64,000 nucleotides of DNA from an uncultured Planctomycetaceae bacterium (GTDB lineage: Bacteria; Planctomycetota; Planctomycetia; Pirellulales; PNKZ01), in contig CAYLYE010000002.1 in NCBI GenBank assembly GCA_964387325.1, forward strand, positions 17,911-81,910, read 5' to 3'. A model generated the notes under the pieces. The model saw only the letters and a program-made list of their open reading frames with translations. It did not search any database and was not told the origin of the DNA. Both the position numbers and the translations under genes were made by a program. Shown piece after piece: positions 43,904 to 51,632 of the stretch. Position 1 is the first letter of the stretch, and each line of letters opens with the position of its first letter.

Positions 43904-46381
43904 TTATCGAGCCGCGACAACATCCACGTCGAGCCGCAGCACGTGCGGGGTCAACTCTTGGTTTCCGGTACGATCAACAGCCAGAGCCGAGAGTCGTCCG
44001 TCGGCGGGGATCGAGAGTTCGATCGTCCAGTCGGCCACGCCGGCCGACTGCGCCGTGATCTGGGCGTTGAGACCATTCACGTTAACGGTGGTAATCTCGC
44101 CGTTGTCGTGCGAGACTCCGCGAACGCGGAGCTTGCCACTACTGCGAGTGACCTGCGTGATGACCGTAGCCGGGGGAAGATCGTCGACCGGGTCGAGCAA
44201 TTGTGGCCACGCCACGTTCGACACCTTGGCCACGACCGACTCGTCGCCGGTGAGCGGTGGCTCTTGCACGTACTTGTTCCCGTCGGCCAGCAGATCGGCG
44301 GCCTTGGTGCTGACAATTTTGGCGTGTTGCCCTGATCCGAAGTAATCGTGAATGAAATAGGGAACCCCCTGTGGCACGAAGGGATCGACTCGCGTGCTGC
44401 CACCTCGATTAAAGACCGGTCGGCGACCATTGGTTTTGCCCCAGACCACGTTGCGGAAGTGACTTGCCGCCTTGCCCGACAAGTTGTTGTCGCTCATATG
44501 CACGACTGGGTGCATTTGGTTGCCGCCATCAAAATCGTCGATCGTGAGACCATCGACCGAGATGATCCCGCCTTGCGCGCTGGCGTCGTCCATTCCACGA
44601 TTAAAGGGCTCGCCGCCGGCGTTCGAGAGGTGAATATTGCGGAACACTTGATTGTCGAACGTCGGCCGATAAATGCCGTACGCCACGCGATGGATGCGGA
44701 TGTTCTCCATGAGCATTGCGGGGCTATGCGGCCGGAAGGCGTAATGCGCCTCCCAGATTTTTAGACCGCGAATGATATGCGGATGCCGCGTGTCAGGGCC
44801 GGTCCAATCGAGGTTCTTGATCGTGTCGAGCATTTTCTGGTCGCGGATCGGCGTGTCGGGTTGCGAACCGCCGTTGGCGGCCACGACCATGCCTGCCAAG
44901 CCCTCGGTATGCGACTCGTTATCCTCGAATCGCCAGATCGGAATCGTACGCACATCGACATCTTTCGGCTGGCCATCAGGCATCCGGACGCTCAAGGTGC
45001 TGCTAAACGACTTCGAGTTCTGAATGTCGTAGCGGAAGCCGTACTCGTCGTTCTCGCAGGCGACATTATGCACGAGCGTGTTGCGGCCATTCGACCACCA
45101 AAACGCCGCGCCATCGTTGGGGTCGAACGGCAATACTTGCTTGGGCAATCGCTTACCGTAGAACGCCTGCACACCCAGATTGCGATCGAGCAGGTTGTAA
45201 ACCTCGGTACCGTCTTCCATGAAATAGCCGTGACCGACACTCTGATAACCAACGCAGTCGCGCACGACGAGATACTCGGTACCGTGGATCGTGATCCAAC
45301 GATTGTGTGAGTCGACGATCGCCGCGCCGAGCACCTGACTACCTCGCATCGTGTCGCCGATCAGGTGATAGTGAATGGCATAGCGGCCGAGCACCCCTTC
45401 CTTGCCCAGGTGAGCAAAGCGAGTGTAGCTCGTGCCTCCGCGGCTGTAGGCGTGGTACATCGTGTGGCCGCGCACCCCCTTGGGGTCGGCGCTCTCGACG
45501 ATCACGTTGCGCGACAAGTTAGCCACCTCACTACGGAACTCACCGTTTCCGTAATGTTCCAATTCGAGCGGCTGCTCAAAGTGCAGAGTCAGGCCGTCGA
45601 TGCGTGTGATGCGACGTTGTTCGGTTCCGATATGCTCGGCGCTGTTGCGAAACGAGCCGCGGCGCGGTTGTTTGCGTGCACCGGTCACGATGATCTCGTC
45701 CCCCACTCGCCAACCGGTCACCCCCTCGGCGAGCGTCACGCTCTTGGCGTCGGGCTTGGCATCGGCACCGAGCTTGACCCAGGTGCGGCTGAGCGGCGCG
45801 CCGTGCAACTCCATCTGTGCCGAGCAGCAAACCAGCGCCGGAGCGTCGTTCTTGTCCATCCCTTCGATGAAGTGCAAGCGAATCCGGGCGGTGTGCTCAG
45901 CCGGGATCGGTTGTTCGAGCGTGCCGACCTCGAGTAGCGGCATCGATCCTTCTCGCGGCGATTGTGGCTCGCCCGCCACATTCACTCCCGCAAAGTCGCA
46001 GGCAAAACCACTCTCGCTACAGGTCGTGCTGTTCTGAACCTTCATCACCGCGACGTTCAACTCCGTGTCGCGATCACGGGCAAAGCTGAGCGTTCCCACG
46101 ATCTGCACCAGCCGCAGCACCGCGGGAGCCTGGACGTCATACGTCACGCGCGTCTTTTGCGACACGAGCACACGATCGCCCGTGGCGGGTACTCGAGCCG
46201 GAGACCAAGTCTGTGGATCGGACCAGTTGCCATCCTTCACGCTGCGCTGGGTGAAGTTGATGGGGTGATGATGTGCATGATCTTGTTTAGCGGGAGCCGC
46301 TTGTTGAGCAACTCCGGTCGACATGAACCAAGCGAACGACACGAGCGCGCAGCAGCACGATGCAACAGACAAGAGACGCAC
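43904..46381 (-). CDS. secreted G8-domain + right-handed beta-helix protein
   Basis: The ORF runs to 46474, but GTG 46381 (preceded by GAGAGGAG) opens the signal peptide 'VRLLSVASCCCALVSFAWFMSTGVAQQ'. 'DGNWSDPQTWSPARVPATGDRVLVSQKTRVTYD....LRLVQIVGTLSF' is a G8-domain signature. Beta-helix repeats and an Ig-like tail follow. Confidence 0.8.
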   Translation of the reverse strand: MRLLSVASCCCALVSFAWFMSTGVAQQAAPAKQDHAHHHPINFTQRSVKDGNWSDPQTWSPARVPATGDRVLVSQKTRVTYDVQAPAVLRLVQIVGTLSFARDRDTELNVAVMKVQNSTTCSESGFACDFAGVNVAGEPQSPREGSMPLLEVGTLEQPIPAEHTARIRLHFIEGMDKNDAPALVCCSAQMELHGAPLSRTWVKLGADAKPDAKSVTLAEGVTGWRVGDEIIVTGARKQPRRGSFRNSAEHIGTEQRRITRIDGLTLHFEQPLELEHYGNGEFRSEVANLSRNVIVESADPKGVRGHTMYHAYSRGGTSYTRFAHLGKEGVLGRYAIHYHLIGDTMRGSQVLGAAIVDSHNRWITIHGTEYLVVRDCVGYQSVGHGYFMEDGTEVYNLLDRNLGVQAFYGKRLPKQVLPFDPNDGAAFWWSNGRNTLVHNVACENDEYGFRYDIQNSKSFSSTLSVRMPDGQPKDVDVRTIPIWRFEDNESHTEGLAGMVVAANGGSQPDTPIRDQKMLDTIKNLDWTGPDTRHPHIIRGLKIWEAHYAFRPHSPAMLMENIRIHRVAYGIYRPTFDNQVFRNIHLSNAGGEPFNRGMDDASAQGGIISVDGLTIDDFDGGNQMHPVVHMSDNNLSGKAASHFRNVVWGKTNGRRPVFNRGGSTRVDPFVPQGVPYFIHDYFGSGQHAKIVSTKAADLLADGNKYVQEPPLTGDESVVAKVSNVAWPQLLDPVDDLPPATVITQVTRSSGKLRVRGVSHDNGEITTVNVNGLNAQITAQSAGVADWTIELSIPADGRLSALAVDRTGNQELTPHVLRLDVDVVAAR

Positions 46382-46540
46382 GGCAGACTCCTCTCGATTC
46401 CATAAGGCAGGCGATCCGGACCGCCTCTGATTATCAAGATTACAGAGCGACCGTCCAGTAAATTTATCGCTCACAACAGGGCACGAAAGCCCGACATCCC
46501 CCGGTCTGAGAATCGCACAACGGCTGCTTAGATGCTCGCG

Positions 46541-47659
46541 CTAGCTCGGCCCCTGTGGCTTCGGTAACCACTTGCAAAGCAAAATGCCGCCGAAGTACAA
46601 GAACGTCAGCGGCACAGCCATCAGGAAAATGCTGTACGGGTCGGCCGGGGTCAAAATAGCCGAGATGATAAAGATCACCAGGATCGACACTCGCCAATTC
46701 GACATGTAATGCTGCACCGTAAAGATGCCGATCCGCTCGATAAACAACATCACCAACGGTAGCTGAAAGCTGACACCGAACCCGAGCGGCATGAGCAGCA
46801 CGAAGCTCAACCACTCGCTAATACGTGGGTCGGGGTTAAAACCCATGTCGCGATTGAACTTGAACAAGAATTCCAATACCGGAGCGAACACGAACAAATA
46901 GGCCGTCCCGGCGCCGAGCAAGAACAACCCCAAGCTCACAGGCAGAAACACGTAAATGTACTTACGTTCGTGCGGATACAACCCCGCCGCGACAAAGGTC
47001 CAAATCTGAAAAAAGACCCAGGGACTCGACAGGACGATACCAAACACGAGCGACGCCTTGAGCCAAATCATGAACGCTTCGGTGACGTTCAGCGTGTTCA
47101 AACTGGTTCGCGGATCTTTGTCCGACGGTTGCCACAGCAGCATCGGCACTAAGTGATCGCGCAGATGTGCGATCTTCGATAGAGTGTCGATCGATCCCGT
47201 CTCGGCTTTAGTTTCGGACTCGGCTTTTGACTCCGCATCTGCTTGTTTTTCAGGCTCGCTGGCCTTGGCCGGGGCGTTGCTCGGTTCCGGAGCCGTGAGA
47301 GTCGCGGGGTGAATATACCGGACATCGAAAATCAACTCGGGTATGCCCAGTTCCTTGTCCCCCTGGGCAATCTTTTTGACCTCTTCGAGCGTGTAAGGAG
47401 GCTCACGGCCAACACGCTTCTCGTCTTCGATCCAGACTGCGTAGTCGGTCTCGGCTTGCAGTTTATAGTAGTCCTTGAGCGCATGGATGATGGGAGCCGA
47501 GATGAATTCAACGACCCGATCGCCGTAATAGAGCCCAAAACCGGTGGCCAACACCAAGCCGATCACCGCACGAAATAAACACACCCGCAACTCTTCGAGA
47601 TGCTCGCCGAAGGTCATCGTCGTGTCTTGGAACAGATCGTCGTTGGGTTGCTTGGCCAT
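46541..47659 (-). CDS. tatC: twin-arginine translocase subunit TatC with an enlarged first periplasmic loop
   Basis: 372 aa. 'MTFGEHLEELRVCLFRAVIGLVLA' (TatC N-terminus), 'SAPII', 'PWVFFQIWTFVAAGLYPHERK', 'FGVSFQLPLVMLFIERIGI' and 'ILTPADPYS'. About 120 extra residues sit between TM1 and TM2. Confidence 0.9.
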   Translation of the reverse strand: MAKQPNDDLFQDTTMTFGEHLEELRVCLFRAVIGLVLATGFGLYYGDRVVEFISAPIIHALKDYYKLQAETDYAVWIEDEKRVGREPPYTLEEVKKIAQGDKELGIPELIFDVRYIHPATLTAPEPSNAPAKASEPEKQADAESKAESETKAETGSIDTLSKIAHLRDHLVPMLLWQPSDKDPRTSLNTLNVTEAFMIWLKASLVFGIVLSSPWVFFQIWTFVAAGLYPHERKYIYVFLPVSLGLFLLGAGTAYLFVFAPVLEFLFKFNRDMGFNPDPRISEWLSFVLLMPLGFGVSFQLPLVMLFIERIGIFTVQHYMSNWRVSILVIFIISAILTPADPYSIFLMAVPLTFLYFGGILLCKWLPKPQGPS

Positions 47660-47750
47660 GTCAGAAACTCAGCGTTCAAACAAGGAGGGCAGGGGGGAGG
47701 ACCCATCTCACGGAGAGATGCGCAGTGGTCGGCAACGACACGCTGCATTC

Positions 47751-47779
47751 CCCCAACCATCGACGGTCGATCGTTGGGG
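47751..47779. promoter_or_regulatory. 29-bp near-perfect palindrome in the tatC/manA divergent spacer
   Basis: CCCCAACCATCGAC-G-GTCGATCGTTGGGG. 13 of 14 positions are symmetric around 47765, with the only mismatch at 47758/47772. It lies 92 nt from the tatC ATG and 156 nt from the manA ATG. No flanking U-tract. Confidence 0.4.
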
Positions 47780-47934
47780 ACGGGACGAGGGCCGACGGGT
47801 CCGGAGAAATTCCTCGTCCAAATCCTCTGCCACGTCTCGGGCAAAAGGATCAAGGCCGATGCCTTGGCTCGTAAAGCGATTCACCCGATAATAACAAGCC
47901 AAGCTCGCGTGAGCAACCAACCCCCGGGTAATTC

Positions 47935-48918
47935 ATGAATCGCGATTCGATACCGTTGCCGCCACTGGCTTTTACGCCTGTGTACCGACGCTACCTGTGG
48001 GGCGGTCGACGCCTCGAAACGCTCCTCGGCCGCCCACTGCCCGAGGGGAACGACTTTGCCGAGAGCTGGGAGCTTGTCGATCGTGCCACGGATCAAAGCC
48101 GCGTCGTCCGTGGCACGCTCCAGGGGGTTACGCTTGGCGAACTTGTCATGGCGCGTGGGGCCGAGCTGCTCGGACGACATCACCCGCAGCGATGTTTTCC
48201 TCTGCTGATCAAATTGCTCGACGTGCAGCGGAGTGTCTCGGTGCAGGTGCATCCGAGCGATGCACAGGCCGTGCAGATGCAGTTGAACGATCGGGGTAAA
48301 GCCGAGGCCTGCGTGGTACTCGCCGCGGAGCAGGGGAGCGTCATCCACAGCGGCCTGAAGCGAGGCTTTGATCGCCGCGCGTTCGAGCGTGAACTGAGTC
48401 GCGGCACCTGCGAACTGTGTTTGCATCGCATGGAGCCAAGAGTGGGGGACTGCTTGTATCTCCCGCCGGGGACGGTCCATGCCGCAGGGGCGGGGGTCGT
48501 GCTGTTCGAAGTACAGCAGCCGAGCGATGTGACATTCCGCATCTTCGACTGGAACCGGCTCGGCGCCGACGGCCAGCCACGCCCCTTGCACATCGAGCAA
48601 GCCTTGCAGGTGATCGACTTCGAGCGTGGGCCCGTGAACCCGACACAACCCGAGACGCTCGATCGACCACGATTTGAACGGCTCTTGGCGACGCCGCATT
48701 TCGTGATCGAGCGCTGGACATTGACGGCACCTCAAACAATCACGGCCGACGACCGTTGCCGCACGCTCACGGTCATTGCCGGAGCCATTGAGGTGCAATC
48801 ACGCGCGGGGTCATTGCAGCTCGACCTGGGGCAGACCGGATTGCTGCCCGCCTCGATCGTCGATGCGGTCGTTGTACCGCGGGGCGCGGCGACCGTCTTG
48901 AGCGTCTATCTTCCCTAA
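47935..48918 (+). CDS. manA: type I phosphomannose isomerase (cupin)
   Basis: 327 aa. 'YRRYLWGGRRLETLLG', 'ESWELVD', 'LLIKLLDVQRSVSVQVHPSD', 'YLPPGTVHA', 'EVQQPSDVTFRIFDWNR'. Confidence 0.85.
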   Translation: MNRDSIPLPPLAFTPVYRRYLWGGRRLETLLGRPLPEGNDFAESWELVDRATDQSRVVRGTLQGVTLGELVMARGAELLGRHHPQRCFPLLIKLLDVQRSVSVQVHPSDAQAVQMQLNDRGKAEACVVLAAEQGSVIHSGLKRGFDRRAFERELSRGTCELCLHRMEPRVGDCLYLPPGTVHAAGAGVVLFEVQQPSDVTFRIFDWNRLGADGQPRPLHIEQALQVIDFERGPVNPTQPETLDRPRFERLLATPHFVIERWTLTAPQTITADDRCRTLTVIAGAIEVQSRAGSLQLDLGQTGLLPASIVDAVVVPRGAATVLSVYLP

Positions 48919-49094
48919 TCGCTACGGTGACTCTGCCAAGCATCGCGGAGGTAGCGGTGCTAGCGGATTCGTTCAAGCTGCCGCCCTCGCGGCGTCGATG
49001 CTGACAGCGATTGCAATTGCCCTTGGGCTTTGAGAGGCGGACTCCTATACTCCGCACCCCTCAAAAAGTATCGGAAGCCGGAGGCTTCAGTCGG

Positions 49095-49355
49095 ATGAAA
49101 CGCGTCTTCGCCACGCTCGTCGTTCTGGTCCTAGTCAGCCCACTCGTGGGTTGCCAAGGGATGCGACGACCGCAGTGGTTCAACCCCGGGCCGATCGATT
49201 ATCAACGGCAGCAGGCCCAGCGATTCGATCCGTATCCGGATCAGGACGTCGGCCCGCGCATGGAAGGGACTCGTCCGCCCGGCTATCAACAGCAGGGCGC
49301 CGAACCCACCCGGGCACGCTGGAACGAATGGGGCCGCACGCGCAGCGGCTATTGA
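49095..49355 (+). CDS. small lipoprotein (86 aa), Pro/Gln-rich
   Basis: The ORF track starts at 49011. ATG 49095 follows GGAAGCCGGAGG and opens 'MKRVFATLVVLVLVSPLVGC' (lipobox LVGC). Confidence 0.6.
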   Translation: MKRVFATLVVLVLVSPLVGCQGMRRPQWFNPGPIDYQRQQAQRFDPYPDQDVGPRMEGTRPPGYQQQGAEPTRARWNEWGRTRSGY

Positions 49356-49358
49356 CGT

Positions 49359-50081
49359 CTAGTCCGTTGTTGCCAGATGGAAATCGATGACCAGCGGCAG
49401 GTGGTCGCTCGCCGCATGGGTCAGCGAAGAACGCACGATGCGAGCCGCCCGAACGTCGATCGTTCCGCGCACAAAAGCCTTGTCAAGGGAACCGATCGGC
49501 AGCCAAGCCGGAAACGAGCGATATCGCGATGGCGGCGTCGTCGCGCCACGAAAGCCATGCTCATGGAGCGGCCCCGCCCCCAGTGTGTTGCGCCAGTCGT
49601 TGAAGTCGCCCGCAATGATCGCCGGATGCTCAGCCAGGGCGTGCAACGTATGATGCCCAAGCAAATGTCGAACCTGCCAATGCCGTTCACGCTCGGCTAG
49701 TCCCAAGTGCCAGTTCACGACCACCAAGGGCCCCTCGGGCGAGTCGACGAGGGCCAACTGCGCGCCGCGCGGCTTGCGGTCGTTCATCCGCAACGAGAGC
49801 TGATGCTGTTCCCGTAGCGGCCAGCGCGAGAGCAGCAGATTGCCGTAGCCCCCGTCCTTGATTTTGACATTGAGCTGATACAGATGCGCGACGGCTTTAA
49901 AATGCTCGGCCAGCAGATGAGCTTGGTCGTCGAAATTCGAGCGTTTGACATGGCGATCGACTTCTTGCAACAGGATCAGGTCGGGGTTTTCATGCTCGAT
50001 GCAGTCGATGATCCGCCGCAGTGAATAACGCCGATCGCGCCCGCCGATGCCCCGATGCATATTGTACGAGAATAGTCGCAT
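49359..50081 (-). CDS. endonuclease/exonuclease/phosphatase (EEP) family protein
   Basis: 240 aa. 'DLILLQEVD', 'NWHLGL', 'IIAGDFNDW' and the C-terminal 'SDHLPLVIDF'. Confidence 0.85.
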   Translation of the reverse strand: MRLFSYNMHRGIGGRDRRYSLRRIIDCIEHENPDLILLQEVDRHVKRSNFDDQAHLLAEHFKAVAHLYQLNVKIKDGGYGNLLLSRWPLREQHQLSLRMNDRKPRGAQLALVDSPEGPLVVVNWHLGLAERERHWQVRHLLGHHTLHALAEHPAIIAGDFNDWRNTLGAGPLHEHGFRGATTPPSRYRSFPAWLPIGSLDKAFVRGTIDVRAARIVRSSLTHAASDHLPLVIDFHLATTD

Positions 50082-50124
50082 GGCGATGGGGCAACGTGGT
50101 GGCGGCAGCGGAGTAACGCAAGTC

Positions 50125-50616
50125 TTATTTACTTGGCGGCGAGTAGACCATGATGCAGCGGTGTTCGTGTGGGCGGTAGTAACCCTGCACCAACTCGCGG
50201 ATCCGGTAGCCGAAATTCTCGTACAGCTTGACGGCTGCGAGATTCTCAGGATTCACGGTCAACAAGACATTCGTGCGCGCCTCGGCGAGCGCGGCGCGCA
50301 TGAGCTGGCTGCCGATGCCCTGAGCACGACACTCGGGGTGGACCATGATTTTGTGCAGAAACGTCTCGCCCTGCCGGGTCGGAAACATGACCAACGCGCC
50401 CGCGATCGCGCCGGTCTCGCTGAGACGGCGGCCGTCGGTGAGCCGAGCTACGATGACCCGCCCGTACTCGGCCCAGACGCGCCAAATATGTTCGCCGTCG
50501 GGGATGAACTCGTCGCAGCGCACGGGCCAGGCGATACGGTCGAGCGCCGCCACGGACAGAAAGTCACCCGTCGTTGCGGATTCAATGCTCACATTGCTCA
50601 TCGGGGTCGCCATCAT
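50125..50616 (-). CDS. GNAT-family N-acetyltransferase
   Basis: 163 aa. The acetyl-CoA pocket 'IMVHPECRAQGIGSQLMRAAL' (Q/RxxGxG) and 'NLAAVKLYENFGY'. Its ATG overlaps the upstream stop (ATGA, 50616-50613). Confidence 0.85.
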   Translation of the reverse strand: MMATPMSNVSIESATTGDFLSVAALDRIAWPVRCDEFIPDGEHIWRVWAEYGRVIVARLTDGRRLSETGAIAGALVMFPTRQGETFLHKIMVHPECRAQGIGSQLMRAALAEARTNVLLTVNPENLAAVKLYENFGYRIRELVQGYYRPHEHRCIMVYSPPSK

Positions 50617-51608
50617 CCAAAAAGGTTGACTTCACGTAGCTCGGCCGCGGCTTGCTCTGGAGGCAACGGGTTGATCGACCACTGCGAGGCCCATTCGAAG
50701 CCAGCGCTGCGCGTGAGCCGGGGAATGATCTCCAGATGCCAATGCGAGCCGACCGACCAGGGTGCCTCCCATGGGGCCGATTGCCAGACCATATTATACG
50801 CCGCTTCCCCCTCAAGTGCTTCCAATCGACGCAAAAGCGGGCCCAGCAGCTCAGCTAAATCCGTCTGCTCGGCATCGGTCATTTGTTCAACGTGTGGGCG
50901 ATGGGCCTTGGGCACGACCCACATCTCGTAGGGTTGTCGGCTAGCGTAAGGACACCAGACCGAAAAATGAGCCGTCTCACAGACACGACGCTCGCCGTGC
51001 GACTCTTCGTGCCGTTGTCGACATAGCCCGCAAGCATTATGGCGATCGCGATACGCGCACAGGGCCTGCTCGCGACGAAGCGACTCGGCCGGGATCATCG
51101 GCAAAGCCAACAGCTGGCTATGTACATGTTCGAGCGACGCGCCCCCCTGTGGACCAACATTCTTGAAAATCAGCGCGTAACGCCAAATCTGCTGAGCATA
51201 CAGCTCGTCGAGTCGCTGGCGGTACACACGCAACACGTTCTCGATCTGCGCCGCGCTCATCTGCGACCAACTCGCCACGTGCTCAGGCGCTTCGATGATC
51301 ACATCATGCACGCCCCTCAATTGCAACTCGTCCAAGGAAGTAGCTGAGCCATGGGCGATCGGGTACTTGTTCGCGACAACCCGCACGCTCCAGCCAGGCG
51401 AGTCGGGAGCGGTTCCCATGCGTCGAATGGCCAACAACTCGGGATGAGCTTCGGCTTCGTGCCCCTCGCAGAACGGACATGCTTCACGATGCGCGGCCGG
51501 AGCGCTCGGGGCAGGCTGAAAGTCCAATGGCCGAGAGGCTCGCTGCGGCGCGACGATCACGGTGCGCTCAAAGAGCGGATCGCGGCGCAGTTCGCTCATC
51601 GCAACCAC
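50613..51608 (-). CDS. GalT-like HIT-superfamily nucleotidyltransferase (galactose-1-phosphate uridylyltransferase / ADP-glucose phosphorylase-like)
   Basis: 331 aa. Zn site 'CPFCEGHE', active-site-like 'SLEHVHSQLLALP' (HxHxQ) and a second half-domain 'HWHLEIIPR'. Substrate not assignable. Confidence 0.75.
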   Translation of the reverse strand: MVAMSELRRDPLFERTVIVAPQRASRPLDFQPAPSAPAAHREACPFCEGHEAEAHPELLAIRRMGTAPDSPGWSVRVVANKYPIAHGSATSLDELQLRGVHDVIIEAPEHVASWSQMSAAQIENVLRVYRQRLDELYAQQIWRYALIFKNVGPQGGASLEHVHSQLLALPMIPAESLRREQALCAYRDRHNACGLCRQRHEESHGERRVCETAHFSVWCPYASRQPYEMWVVPKAHRPHVEQMTDAEQTDLAELLGPLLRRLEALEGEAAYNMVWQSAPWEAPWSVGSHWHLEIIPRLTRSAGFEWASQWSINPLPPEQAAAELREVNLFG

Positions 51609-51632
51609 CTTGTTGCAAAAATCCCACGCACG

